Part shown: positions 1 to 9,637 of the stretch, one piece after another
Numbering within the stretch: position 1 is the first letter of the stretch
Layout of the letters: the number at the start of each line of letters is the position of its first letter
DNA from: an uncultured Pseudomonadales bacterium
GTDB taxonomy: Bacteria > Patescibacteriota > Microgenomatia > UBA1400 > MFAQ01
Direction of reading: 5' to 3'
Assembly (NCBI GenBank): GCA_964513845.1
Contig: CAZENT010000005.1
Span: 41,590-105,589 of the forward strand
DNA length: 64,000 nt
Translations under genes and position numbers: made by a program
Notes under the pieces: generated by a model
What the model was told of the DNA's origin: nothing
Databases searched by the model: none
Seen by the model: only the letters and a program-made list of their open reading frames with translations

Positions 1-91
1 CTTTGGTTTTGGCAACAAGCTTACCGATCTTAGAAAGGCCATCCAGCAAGGAGAACTCGGTGTGAACATGGAGGTGGGTAAACTTTGGCAT
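1..91 (-). CDS. dnaE: DNA polymerase III alpha subunit, N-terminal fragment (runs off window start)
   Basis: Minus-strand translation from ATG at 91 gives MPKFTHLHVHTEFSLLDGLSKIGKLVAKTK, the PHP-domain N-terminus of DnaE/PolC (HxH...SLLDG). An AGGAGG Shine-Dalgarno lies 8 nt upstream on the minus strand. Not in the ORF track because it is truncated. Confidence 0.6.
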   Translation of the reverse strand, partial: MPKFTHLHVHTEFSLLDGLSKIGKLVAKTK

Positions 92-166
92 CTGATTTAT
101 GTTACTACCTCCTATCTTCAGGGTTGGGTCACGGAAATTCAAGTGGGGTAGTGATAAACTTTTTAT

Positions 167-811
167 ATGGTTATAGATAATGCTGCTCAGATGACAATTG
201 CTTTTCGCATATTAATTTCTTTTGTGGCCGGAATGCTTATTGGCTTTGATCGTGAGAGAAGCGGCAAGGCGGCCGGACTACGAACCCAGATGTTGGTTTG
301 TGTGGGCTCAACCTTGTTTGCCGGCTTGTCTATATATGTAGCGAATAGTTTGGGAGTTTTGGGTCAAGACCCCACAAGAATCATGGCACAGATTGTTTCC
401 GGTGTTGGATTTCTTGGTGCCGGAGTAATCTTAAAAAATGGCAATCGATTGTCTGGTGTAACCACAGCGGCAACGATTTGGACCACTGCGGCTGTTGGGG
501 TGGCCATTGGTTCAGGTTTTTATATTCCCGCTGCAGTCACCGTGTTCTTGATTCTGATGCTCAACCCTATCGCGTACTTACAATACAAATTTGGAACAAA
601 AGGAAATACTTACGTAATAGGATTTGATAAAAAATACGATAAGGAAATGGCGGAATATTTTGCCCAGCTGAGATTGAGAGTGCTTGAAAAAACAGTCCAC
701 CAGTCTGATGTACACGTTTCAGTTTTATCGAACGAGCAAAAAAACGAAAAACTAATTCGCGATCTAAACGAAAAAGATATCAAGTTTTCTCTAGAATCGA
801 CTGAGGAGTAG
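167..811 (+). CDS. MgtC/SapB family membrane protein
   Basis: The N-terminal half has MgtC-like hydrophobic segments (GMLIGFDRERSGKAAGLRTQMLVCVGSTLF) followed by a soluble C-terminal domain. ATG at 167. Confidence 0.6.
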   Translation: MVIDNAAQMTIAFRILISFVAGMLIGFDRERSGKAAGLRTQMLVCVGSTLFAGLSIYVANSLGVLGQDPTRIMAQIVSGVGFLGAGVILKNGNRLSGVTTAATIWTTAAVGVAIGSGFYIPAAVTVFLILMLNPIAYLQYKFGTKGNTYVIGFDKKYDKEMAEYFAQLRLRVLEKTVHQSDVHVSVLSNEQKNEKLIRDLNEKDIKFSLESTEE

Positions 812-812
812 C

Positions 813-2147
813 TTATTGATTTAGAAGCTCCAAAACTAGACTGTTGAGAGTTTTTGGATCGGCCTGGCCTTTGGTTTCTTTCATGGCCTGGCCAACAAAG
901 AAACCAGCGAGATTGGTTTTGCCGGCTTTGTAATCAGCAACCAAACTAGGATTATCGGTGATGAGTTTTTCAATTACTTTTTTGAGCTCGTCGGCATTGG
1001 TGTTACCCACCTGAGTGGCTTTGAGATACTCCCCTTTTATGTCCCCCGTGATATCGATTTTTTTGTTGGCAATTAACGAAGCTAGTTTGTTTAGATCGAT
1101 CTTTTGGGTGATTGCCACCTCATCATTGCTCCTCGCAATGACAAAAATAGCGTTTAGTGCCTTGTCATTGTTATTAATTATTTTGGCGTACTTGGCTTCG
1201 ATACCAAAATCAACTAATTCAGAGATGACCTGATCAGGGAGTTTGGGCAGTTCTCTTCTCAATTTTTCTATTTGCTCATTTTCGATAATAAATGGCGGAA
1301 TATCCGGCTCGGGAAAATAGCGATAGTCTTTGGCTTCTTCTTTGGTTCGCTGAAGAAAAGTTATTTTCTTGACCGAGTCGTAACCTCTGGTGGTTTTGTT
1401 GTTGGCTGATTTCTCGATACCTGTTTTTTCAAACTCTTCCGTTTGGCGAACCACCTCAAAGTCTATAGCCGCTGTCGCAAAGTTGAAGGAGTTGATGTTT
1501 TTGATTTCTGAAAGAGGAGTGTAGTGTGTACCCGATTCATTTTCGATACAAACGTTTACGGTTGGTTCCAAACGCATCTGACCTTTTTCCATGTCGGCAC
1601 TAGAAACACCAATCGCTCTGACAATTTCATGAATCTTTTTGAGATATTCTTTGGCTTCGGTGGATGAAGAAAGGTCGGGGCGAGATACAATCTCGACCAA
1701 AGGAACACCTGATCGGTTGTAATCAACCAGCGACACTTTCTTACCTTCCAAAACAACGTGCTGAAGTTTGCCGGTGTCTTCTTCCATGTGGACTCTTTCG
1801 ACACCAATTCTTTTGCCTGAGTCGAGCATAACAAAACCATCAGAACAAAATGGCTGGTCGTACTGACTAATCTGATATCCCTTGGCTAGATCGGGATAGA
1901 AATACTGCTTGCGATCAAACTTGCTTAAGGTGTTGATACGGCAGTTCAGAGCAAGTCCGAGCTTCATACAAGATTCAATGGCTTTTTCGTTGGGAACCGG
2001 AAGGGCGCCAGGCAAGCCAAGACAGACGGGACAAGTTTGAGTGTTGGGCTCCTTGCCAAAATGATCGGCAGGACAGCCACAAAACATCTTGGACTTTGTT
2101 TCTAACTCAACGTGTACTTCTAGGCCGATTAAGGGTGTGGCTTTCAT
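813..2147 (-). CDS. gatB: Asp/Glu-tRNA(Asn/Gln) amidotransferase subunit B
   Basis: MKATPLIGLEVHVELETKSKMFCGCP with a full-length GatB-like layout. The start overlaps the gatA stop. Confidence 0.9.
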   Translation of the reverse strand: MKATPLIGLEVHVELETKSKMFCGCPADHFGKEPNTQTCPVCLGLPGALPVPNEKAIESCMKLGLALNCRINTLSKFDRKQYFYPDLAKGYQISQYDQPFCSDGFVMLDSGKRIGVERVHMEEDTGKLQHVVLEGKKVSLVDYNRSGVPLVEIVSRPDLSSSTEAKEYLKKIHEIVRAIGVSSADMEKGQMRLEPTVNVCIENESGTHYTPLSEIKNINSFNFATAAIDFEVVRQTEEFEKTGIEKSANNKTTRGYDSVKKITFLQRTKEEAKDYRYFPEPDIPPFIIENEQIEKLRRELPKLPDQVISELVDFGIEAKYAKIINNNDKALNAIFVIARSNDEVAITQKIDLNKLASLIANKKIDITGDIKGEYLKATQVGNTNADELKKVIEKLITDNPSLVADYKAGKTNLAGFFVGQAMKETKGQADPKTLNSLVLELLNQ

Positions 2148-3568
2148 ATAGTTTTGTCTAGATCGGGAAATAACTGAAACTCGGTGTGACGCTGATAGCA
2201 GTCGGCAATTTTGATGGCTGTCCCCTCTTTGAGCTGATTGGAAGTAACCTGAAGACCAATGGGAAGATTATCGACAAAACCACAAGGCAATCCAACACTG
2301 GTGATTCCGGCAATTGAGCTAGGCTCTACCAAAACATCTTCCATTTCACCAAACATCGGCTGATTTTTGGAGGCACCAACAGAAAGAGCGGGACCGGGAG
2401 ATACTGCACCAATAACAGCATCGTAGGTTTTGAAAATTTCTTGGAACTCGTCAACAATCTTGGTGCGAACAGCCTGAGCTTTTTTGTAAAAAGCATCGTA
2501 GTATCCGGCCGATAAGGTATAAGTTCCGAGCATAATGCGGCGCTTGGTTTCTTCACAAAGAACGTCTCTTTCGTGGCCAAAACGGATGCCGTCAAAACGG
2601 GCGAGATTAGAGCTTACTTCGGAACGCTGGATAACAGTGTAAACACCGATGGCATAGCGAGGATCCATAAGTGAAACTTCATCAACAGTCGCCCCTAAAA
2701 GCCGAAGTTTGTCGGCAGCATTCAGAATCAAGTTTTTGACATCTTCGCGCATGTTGTCGAGTAAGTATTCTTTGACGATACCAATACGAACACCACGCAA
2801 ATCAGGAGAGTTTAGATAATCTGAGTATTTTTCGACGGGGGCGGGCGATGTGGTGGCGTCTTTGGGGTCTTGACCTGAGATAACTTCGGTTACGATGGCA
2901 CAGTCTTCGACCGATTTGCCGATAGGACCAGGTGAGTCAAGTGAGCTTCCCATAGCAATAATGCCATAACGACTAGCCCGACCATAGGTTGGTTTCAAAC
3001 CAGTGACACCGCACCAAGCTGCCGGCTGTCTAATCGACCCAGCTGTTTCGGATCCTAGAGCAACGGTGGCAAACTGAGCGCCAATGGCGGCAGCTGAGCC
3101 TCCAGATGATCCTCCTGGAAGTTTGTCTGAGTTCCAGGGATTTAAAGTGGGTCCGAAATCGGAAGTTTCTGTACTGGAGCCGTGAGCAAATGAGTCCATG
3201 TTGGTTTTACCTAAAATAATGGCTCCGGCTGCTTTTATTTTTTCTATAACAGTTGAGTCGTATTGTGGCTGATAGTCCTTGATGATGTTGGAGCTGGCCG
3301 TGGTGACGATACCCAAGGTAAGAAAATTATCTTTGACGGCAAAAGGAATACCTAGTAAGGGCCTAGTAACCCCCTTCTCGAGGATTTCTTTATCGATTGC
3401 AGCGGCTTCTTCGAGAACTTTATCGTTCAGGGCAATATAGATATTGAGCTTTGAGTTGTATTTCTCAATGCGATTGAGGAAGTGTTTGACGAGATCGGTG
3501 CAGTTGAAGTCTTTGTTGGTGTAGCCATCGAGAACTTCTTTGATAGTGAGTTCGTGAAGTTGTTTCAT
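2144..3568 (-). CDS. gatA: Asp/Glu-tRNA amidotransferase subunit A (amidase)
   Basis: Amidase signature GGSSGGSAAAIGA. Sits between gatC and gatB with 4-nt overlaps. Confidence 0.9.
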   Translation of the reverse strand: MKQLHELTIKEVLDGYTNKDFNCTDLVKHFLNRIEKYNSKLNIYIALNDKVLEEAAAIDKEILEKGVTRPLLGIPFAVKDNFLTLGIVTTASSNIIKDYQPQYDSTVIEKIKAAGAIILGKTNMDSFAHGSSTETSDFGPTLNPWNSDKLPGGSSGGSAAAIGAQFATVALGSETAGSIRQPAAWCGVTGLKPTYGRASRYGIIAMGSSLDSPGPIGKSVEDCAIVTEVISGQDPKDATTSPAPVEKYSDYLNSPDLRGVRIGIVKEYLLDNMREDVKNLILNAADKLRLLGATVDEVSLMDPRYAIGVYTVIQRSEVSSNLARFDGIRFGHERDVLCEETKRRIMLGTYTLSAGYYDAFYKKAQAVRTKIVDEFQEIFKTYDAVIGAVSPGPALSVGASKNQPMFGEMEDVLVEPSSIAGITSVGLPCGFVDNLPIGLQVTSNQLKEGTAIKIADCYQRHTEFQLFPDLDKTI

Positions 3569-3888
3569 AGGAGTTCTTCGGCATCGGAGTCAATTAATCT
3601 TTCAACCACAAAAAAGCCATTATGAGTTTTCTTGGCTTCCCTAAGGGCAATTTTTTGAGGAAGGACTCTATTCAAATCGACCTCATCGGCTCGGGTGACA
3701 TTGGACAAGCCATTGACCTGATAGGTAGCGCTGATGTTGTTGGTATCTATTTCATTTAGCTCATTGACCACTTCGAGCGTTTTGGTAAACTGGCCAGCAA
3801 AAAGGTCTACTTCGTTATCTTGAAGTTTGAGGTTGGCAAGCTTGCCAATTTTTCTTACCTCATCTGATGTAACCGTGACCTTATGCAT
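3565..3888 (-). CDS. gatC: Asp/Glu-tRNA amidotransferase subunit C
   Basis: A 107-aa protein immediately upstream of gatA in the conserved gatCAB arrangement. Confidence 0.75.
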   Translation of the reverse strand: MHKVTVTSDEVRKIGKLANLKLQDNEVDLFAGQFTKTLEVVNELNEIDTNNISATYQVNGLSNVTRADEVDLNRVLPQKIALREAKKTHNGFFVVERLIDSDAEELL

Positions 3889-3905
3889 GCGTTTATTGTA
3901 TCAAT

Positions 3906-5258
3906 TTATAGATTACTCGTCTTGAGAATTATTTTTTTGTTTTTCACCTCGTAGAAAATGTCACAAATATTGTTTAGCAGATCGTGATCGTGAGAAATCA
4001 AAAGGATGGTCCCCGGATAATCAACTAAAAACTCCTCAAGAGCCGCCACAGACTTGAGATCCAGGTGATTTGTGGGCTCGTCTAAAATCAAAATGTCTGG
4101 GTTGGTGTAAAGAAAAAGGGCTAGCTGTAATCGAGCTTTTTGGCCTCCGGAAAGAGTCCAGACTTTGGATTTGATAGTTTGTTTGGTGAAATAAAATTTG
4201 CGCAGAACAGCTGCCGCTTCATAATCTGCCATGGGAAAACGACTGCAAAAACAATCAATTGGACTGGAGTCTGGTGGAAGTGTTTCCAAATGTTCCTGAG
4301 AGTAATAGCCAACCTTCAAGTTTTCACCGGTTTTGGCAACTCCCTCGTCTGGAGTGAGCATACCCAGAATCAGTTTTAGAATGGTTGTTTTTCCGGTACC
4401 GTTGGGCGAAACCAGAGCCACCTTTTCACCTACCTCGATGTACATCTCAGCTTTATCAAAAATTTGATTTTCTCCATAGGAAAAAGATAGATCTTTCACC
4501 ATGATGGCCAACTTGTTTTTGATTTGTTTACCCGAAAGAGAGGTTTTTAGTTCGATGTGTACATCTCTACCTTTTGGGTCTTTGACCATTTCAGATTCAA
4601 AACGAGCCAAGCGTTTTTCCAGAGCATGATAATAGCGAGCCACTTTGGGTCCGCCGGCTGCTTTGGCTCTGAATCTGTCAACCAACTCTTTTAATCTTTT
4701 GTGTTCTTTTTCTTGAACATGAAAGAGATGCTCTAGTGCTTCGTGCTCCTTGTCGTACTCTGTTGAAAACTTGGCAAAACCAAAAGGATAGGTGCGAATC
4801 TCATGATCTTCAACCAGCCAAGTGTGAGTAGTTACCTTTTTGAGAACATGGCGATCGTGACTAATGAGGATAATCAAACCATTAAACGACATAATGGCGT
4901 TGGCCATCCATTCTTTATTGTCGATGTCCAAATGATTGTCCGGCTCATCGAGAAGAAGTACGTCATAAAGATTAGAGTAAATTAGATCTGCAAGTAAGGC
5001 GACTTTTTTCTGACCTCCGGAAAGGGTGGGAAGTGACTCTATTTCTTGAGGTAAATAGCCAATTCGAGGATTGCCGGTCCACTCGATTTTGCCGCTATCC
5101 TGCTCCTCTATACCCGCAAGAATTTTGAGTAAGGTGGACTTACCACAACCATTATCACCAATAAGAGCCACCACACCATTACCCGTATGATTTAGGGTGA
5201 TGTCATCCAACAAAGGCTGATTGTAGTGCTTTTCCAGCTTGGTAATCTTGAGGTTCAT
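3906..5258 (-). CDS. ABC-F family ATPase with two nucleotide-binding domains and no transmembrane domain
   Basis: Two Walker A motifs (GDNGCGKST, SPNGTGKTT) and two signature motifs (LSGGQKKV, LSGGQKARL), with a basic linker (KRLKELVDRFRAKAAGG) between domains. NBD1 is unusually compact. Confidence 0.8.
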   Translation of the reverse strand: MNLKITKLEKHYNQPLLDDITLNHTGNGVVALIGDNGCGKSTLLKILAGIEEQDSGKIEWTGNPRIGYLPQEIESLPTLSGGQKKVALLADLIYSNLYDVLLLDEPDNHLDIDNKEWMANAIMSFNGLIILISHDRHVLKKVTTHTWLVEDHEIRTYPFGFAKFSTEYDKEHEALEHLFHVQEKEHKRLKELVDRFRAKAAGGPKVARYYHALEKRLARFESEMVKDPKGRDVHIELKTSLSGKQIKNKLAIMVKDLSFSYGENQIFDKAEMYIEVGEKVALVSPNGTGKTTILKLILGMLTPDEGVAKTGENLKVGYYSQEHLETLPPDSSPIDCFCSRFPMADYEAAAVLRKFYFTKQTIKSKVWTLSGGQKARLQLALFLYTNPDILILDEPTNHLDLKSVAALEEFLVDYPGTILLISHDHDLLNNICDIFYEVKNKKIILKTSNL

Positions 5259-5266
5259 GAGCGTTA

Positions 5267-5824
5267 TTATCCCTTATTTTGTGCTTCAAGTACAAACCCT
5301 TTAGATTGACCGAACGAGATAATGCCATTTAGATCGATTTGGGTTTTGCTTATTTTGCAGTCTTGAAACAGAACTCCAGCTAAATTTGAACCCGAAAGAC
5401 TTGCTCCGACCAGTTTGCAGTGATCAAAAACAGACTTGTACAAATTACAGTTGAGAATTTGGCCATCTTGAAGATTGCAACTGATAAAGTAGTTTGAGGT
5501 TAGGTCACACTCACCAAAGATTGAATCAGAAAGCTTTTGTTTTTCAAAAGTGCAGCCTTCAAGAATAGATTTATGAAAATTACACTTGATGATATTGGTA
5601 TCTTTGAAATTGATCCAACTAAGTTTGCACTCAATAAATAAACAATTTTCTAAAGAGCTGGAGTTTATAAGAGCATTGGCAAAATCGCAGTACTCAAAAC
5701 TACAGCTCTCAAAGTTTGTAAATTTAAGCTGTTGTAAAGAAAATTTGCAGCTTTGGAATTTTTCATCTTTGAAACTTTGCCCCTTAAGACTATCCGAAGT
5801 AAATAATTTGCCTTTGATCATGAT
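5267..5824 (-). CDS. pentapeptide-repeat protein
   Basis: Continuous A(D/N)LxX-type pentapeptide repeats (CKFSLQQLKFTNFESCSFEYCDFANALINSSSLENCLFIECKLSWINF...). The start is set at the internal ATG (MIKGK) four nt after the htpX stop. The ORF-track start at 5884 would overlap htpX by 66 nt. Confidence 0.7.
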   Translation of the reverse strand: MMIKGKLFTSDSLKGQSFKDEKFQSCKFSLQQLKFTNFESCSFEYCDFANALINSSSLENCLFIECKLSWINFKDTNIIKCNFHKSILEGCTFEKQKLSDSIFGECDLTSNYFISCNLQDGQILNCNLYKSVFDHCKLVGASLSGSNLAGVLFQDCKISKTQIDLNGIISFGQSKGFVLEAQNKG

Positions 5825-6714
5825 CTTAGAGCTTTTATTCTTTCTTTTACAGGAGGATGGGTGTTGAAAAGATTGGCAAACCATCCAATGGAGTCGTGAT
5901 GATTTTTTAAGGGGTTGGAAATGTAAAGATGAGCTGTAGCTTTGTTGGCGGCCTCAAGTGGCTCTTGGTCTGCAGAAATCTTTTCTAACGCACTGGCAAG
6001 CCCCTCAGGATATTTGGTAATGGAAGCCCCCGTGGCATCAGCAAGAAACTCTCTTCTTCTAGAAATTGCCAGCTGAATCAGCTGAGCAATAATGGGTGAC
6101 AGAAGAGCCAAAACGAGTCCCACAACCATGAGAATGGCACCTAAATTGCTATTGTCATCCCGGCTAGACTTGCCTCGGATATTGGTTCTTAAAAGAATGT
6201 CCGCCAGAAGAGTAATCAAGCCAACTAAAATTGCAACAATGCTCATTAAACGAGTATCGTAGTTTCGAATATGACCCATTTCATGAGCCACGACACCTTC
6301 AAGCTCAGTACGATTTAGTCTGGCGAGTAACCCTGTGGTAACACAAACCACTCCGTGCTGGGGGTCTCGGCCTGTGGCAAAAGCGTTCATGGCTGAGTCT
6401 TCGATTACATATAGTTTGGGCATGGGTATCCCTGCTGAGCGAGAAATGTTTTCGGCGACAGTGAAAAAATCGAAGTGAGCATTTTTGTTGGCCGGAACGG
6501 CTCCCGAGAGGGAAAGAATCATCTTGTCGGAGTTGTAGTAACTAATGAAACTAAATGAGCCCGATAGTACAAGCGCTGTGCCGACCGCTGACAGGTCAAA
6601 TCCAAGAACGTAACAAATTATATAGGTAACCGCAGTAACAAAAGCGATAAAAATAGCGATAACCATGGCACTTCGTGCCTTGTTGGCATCGACTAACTTG
6701 TAGTAGCTGGTCAT
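5818..6714 (-). CDS. htpX: HtpX-like M48 zinc metalloprotease
   Basis: HEMGH zinc motif (VVAHEMGHIRNYD) with N-terminal and central transmembrane segments. Confidence 0.85.
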   Translation of the reverse strand: MTSYYKLVDANKARSAMVIAIFIAFVTAVTYIICYVLGFDLSAVGTALVLSGSFSFISYYNSDKMILSLSGAVPANKNAHFDFFTVAENISRSAGIPMPKLYVIEDSAMNAFATGRDPQHGVVCVTTGLLARLNRTELEGVVAHEMGHIRNYDTRLMSIVAILVGLITLLADILLRTNIRGKSSRDDNSNLGAILMVVGLVLALLSPIIAQLIQLAISRRREFLADATGASITKYPEGLASALEKISADQEPLEAANKATAHLYISNPLKNHHDSIGWFANLFNTHPPVKERIKALRS

Positions 6715-7295
6715 ATCGTAATTTTGGGATCGGACATCTCGTCCTTGCCTACCTCTAGGTGTTCACCTTCTGTGGGGGTAGCAATGCCTTTCTGTTCTTT
6801 AAATCCAAAGACGCTGGCAATGATATTAGAAGGTAGGGTAACGATCCTGATGTTGTACTCAGCAGACAAATCGATAACAACTCGTCTGGCGTACATGAGC
6901 TTGTCAGAGGTGTCGCGAAGCTCATCCATAAGACGAGTGACAACTTCGGCTCCTTTGAGCTCGGGATTGCTTTCAACGAGAACTTGAAGTTTGGGAACTA
7001 GATTACTGATGGCATCTGAGGCCGCTTCGATCTTGGCCATGTCTTTACTGCCCGCCGCCTTTTCGACTGATTTTCTGGCAGAAACGATTTCCCCGTAGAT
7101 ATCTTTTTCATGCTTTAGGTAGCCTTTGGCTGAGTTTTCGAGATTAGGAATGAGATTCGATTGACGTTTGAGCTGGTTGCCAATGTCTTGAATGGCCGCA
7201 GTGATACGTGTTTTGGTTGCTTGGAACCAGTTGTATTGCGAAACGACATAGAAAGCGAGAATAAGCAGGACTCCAAAAATTATGTAACCAATCAT
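6711..7295 (-). CDS. lemA: LemA family protein
   Basis: An N-terminal TM helix plus a LemA-like coiled region (AIQDIGNQLKRQSNLIPNLENSAKGYLKHEKDIYGEIVSARK). The lemA-htpX pairing is common. Confidence 0.7.
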   Translation of the reverse strand: MIGYIIFGVLLILAFYVVSQYNWFQATKTRITAAIQDIGNQLKRQSNLIPNLENSAKGYLKHEKDIYGEIVSARKSVEKAAGSKDMAKIEAASDAISNLVPKLQVLVESNPELKGAEVVTRLMDELRDTSDKLMYARRVVIDLSAEYNIRIVTLPSNIIASVFGFKEQKGIATPTEGEHLEVGKDEMSDPKITI

Positions 7296-7318
7296 TTTAT
7301 TGTTTTAAATGGTAACTT

Positions 7319-9082
7319 CTATAATTCTAGCACTGTGCGCAATTTTTGCACGGAATATGTATTGACAATATCTTTATTTTGAGCATAACCACGCCTAGCA
7401 TTCCAAACTCCAAACTTCATATTCATCATTTGCTCAACCACACGGCTATCAGTATTTATTATTAGCTTTACTCCTTGAGAAATCGCTTGTCTAATTAAAT
7501 TCTCCGGAAGATCTAACCTTGTGGGATATGCATTTATTTCTATCACTTTATTGTTTTTCGCACAAAACTTGAAGATTTCTTCCCAGTTGGCCGAAATTGG
7601 GTCCCTGCCATTTATTACTCTATTGGTGGGGTGTCCGAGGATTTTGACCTTTGAATGGAAAAGGGCTTTTATTATTCTTCTCGTATTGGCTTCTTCGGTA
7701 AGATCAAAACTACCGTGGATGGAGGCTATGGAGTAGTCCAAAGAAGACATAGCTGTGTCTGATAAGGCCAGGCTTCCATCCGGTCTGATATCTACCTCCA
7801 TTCCTATGAGTAAATTTGGTACTCTATGTTTCACACTCTTTTCATAGGCACGATATTGTGATTCTAAATACTTTTTACGATCAATAATTATGTTGTTTTT
7901 TTCTTTTTCGGTTAGTCCGGAAAATTTGGGGTTGTGATCTGCGATACCTATATATTCATAACTATTTTTATAAGCAAATTCTAATAACCGAGAAAGTGTA
8001 CTAACACCCAAGTCGTGAGAGCTGGGATATTGAAAATCACTATGAATATGCAAATCTCCCTTTATGCCTTCAATATTTACAAGCTTGGGTATCTGATGTT
8101 TATGTGCCAGCTCAATTTCTCCTGTGTTCTCTCGTAATTCCGGGGGAATATATTCAAGTCCTAAAAAATTATAGAATTTAGCTTCGGAGGTGAAATGGTG
8201 GAGTTTGTTTTTTTGGGTTATTCCGTATTCAGAAAGTGAGAATCCTTTTTCTTTTACCTGACTTCTCAAGGCTATATTGTGAAGCTTACCACCTGTGTAA
8301 TGCTGGAGAATACTACCCCAAGAGTTTGGCAGGGAAATCTTTAGGTCAACTTCTAGCCCGTTTGACAACTTTACATGGCTAACTTTGTCACCTTCTGTCA
8401 CCACTGAGATGATTTGTGGATAGCTGAGAGCATACTGCATGGCTTCATTTGGTTTTTCCGAACAGATAGCTATATCGATATCGCCGACAGTAGCTAATTT
8501 TCTTCGCAGACTGCCGAGGGGTTCGGCAGTAGATATTGTTGATGATTTTTTTAAAAAAGAAATATATTCTTCGGCAACAGGAAGAGCCTCATATAGTGGA
8601 AGACGCGCCTTGCCGAAAGACTGTATATCGAGCGCTTTTTGAATTTTGGATATGGTCTTCTCTTTGAATCCGGCAATTTTTGTCAGCTTGCCGGAACGTA
8701 AAATTTCCTTTAAATCAGCAAGAGTGGTTTCTTGATTATTTAAATGAAACTTTTTGGCAATTTTGTGGGCTGTAATAGGGCCGATTCCTCGAATGGTCAT
8801 CAACACAAACATACCTGCAGGAACTTTTTTGAAGAGTGAGTTAAAATGGCGAACGTGTCCTTTTGATAAGTACTCACCTAAGTATTTTGTTAGGCTCTCA
8901 CCGAGCCCAGGGATGTTATCCAGCTCTCCCCTTTTCCAAATATCAGAGATTGATTCTGAAAGATTATCGATGGCAACAGAAGCGTTGATGTATGCCTTGT
9001 ATCGAAAAGTGTCACCCTCTTTAACCCTTAAAACCGCCGCAACTCTTTTTAGGAGTTGGGCGGTTTCTTGGTTAATGGTCAT
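7319..9082 (-). CDS. polX: DNA polymerase X family protein with C-terminal PHP phosphoesterase domain
   Basis: An N-terminal Pol-beta-like HhH/lyase region (GIGPITAHKIAKKF, IPGLGESLTKYL), a nucleotidyltransferase core (GDIDIAI) and a C-terminal PHP domain (GDLHIHSDFQ, IADHN). Confidence 0.8.
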   Translation of the reverse strand: MTINQETAQLLKRVAAVLRVKEGDTFRYKAYINASVAIDNLSESISDIWKRGELDNIPGLGESLTKYLGEYLSKGHVRHFNSLFKKVPAGMFVLMTIRGIGPITAHKIAKKFHLNNQETTLADLKEILRSGKLTKIAGFKEKTISKIQKALDIQSFGKARLPLYEALPVAEEYISFLKKSSTISTAEPLGSLRRKLATVGDIDIAICSEKPNEAMQYALSYPQIISVVTEGDKVSHVKLSNGLEVDLKISLPNSWGSILQHYTGGKLHNIALRSQVKEKGFSLSEYGITQKNKLHHFTSEAKFYNFLGLEYIPPELRENTGEIELAHKHQIPKLVNIEGIKGDLHIHSDFQYPSSHDLGVSTLSRLLEFAYKNSYEYIGIADHNPKFSGLTEKEKNNIIIDRKKYLESQYRAYEKSVKHRVPNLLIGMEVDIRPDGSLALSDTAMSSLDYSIASIHGSFDLTEEANTRRIIKALFHSKVKILGHPTNRVINGRDPISANWEEIFKFCAKNNKVIEINAYPTRLDLPENLIRQAISQGVKLIINTDSRVVEQMMNMKFGVWNARRGYAQNKDIVNTYSVQKLRTVLEL

Positions 9083-9115
9083 CTATTTTTCAATTTTTGA
9101 CCTTAAAAGGCAATT

Positions 9116-9397
9116 TTAGCGGCCTCCAAAACTACGTGCAGGACGATCCTCTTTTGGACGAGCTTCGTTGACGATGATGTTGCGACCGTCGAGGTCAGTT
9201 CCGTTCATCTTTTCGATGGCGGTTTTTGCAGCTTCTGCGTCTTCGAATTCGACAAAACCGAATCCTTTACTCCTGCCGGAGAATTTATCTGAAATAACTG
9301 TGCACTCGCCTAGAGCTCCGAATGGAGAAAAAATCTCCTGGAGTTTTTGCTGGGTAGCACTATAGGGAAGGTTCCCTACGTATAATCGAACAGCCAT
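9116..9397 (-). CDS. RRM-type RNA-binding protein
   Basis: RNP-2 (LYVGNL) and RNP-1 (KGFGFVEF) motifs, followed by a basic tail. Confidence 0.85.
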   Translation of the reverse strand: MAVRLYVGNLPYSATQQKLQEIFSPFGALGECTVISDKFSGRSKGFGFVEFEDAEAAKTAIEKMNGTDLDGRNIIVNEARPKEDRPARSFGGR

Positions 9398-9525
9398 TTC
9401 TGGCTCCTTTCTGGTTCTTTCAAAGCCATCATCACTTTGAAATCTTCTGTAAAAACGCTAAGATGATTTAACTAGGACCTATTATATAGTATTTTCTGGT
9501 AAAATATGGACTGTTGACAAAGCAT

Positions 9526-9599
9526 GGGGCTGTAGCTCAGTTGGTTAGAGCGTCCGCCTGTCACGTGGAAGGTCGAGGGTTCGAGCCCCTTCAGCCCCG
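9526..9599 (+). tRNA. tRNA-Asp (anticodon GTC)
   Basis: A manual cloverleaf gives acceptor GGGGCTG/CAGCCCC, D-arm GCTC-AGTTGGTTA-GAGC, anticodon stem TCCGC/GTGGA, loop CTGTCAC and T-arm GAGGG-TTCGAGC-CCCTT. CCA is not encoded. Confidence 0.85.
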
Positions 9600-9604
9600 C
9601 TAAG

Positions 9605-9637
9605 AAATTCTCTCGCCTTGTGTGAGAGAATTTTTTT
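9605..9637 (+). terminator. rho-independent terminator after tRNA-Asp
   Basis: A 9-bp stem (aattctctc / gagagaatt) with loop gccttgtgt, followed by TTTTTT. Confidence 0.7.

Noticed and set aside
1015-1233. Short ORFs nested within or antisense to larger genes, here and throughout the ORF track (for example 1556..1840, 2326..2595, 4121..4312, 30902..31420, 55380..55787)
   Set aside because: They are fully embedded in well-supported genes on the opposite strand or another frame. They have no motifs and no independent signals, and are typical shadow ORFs.
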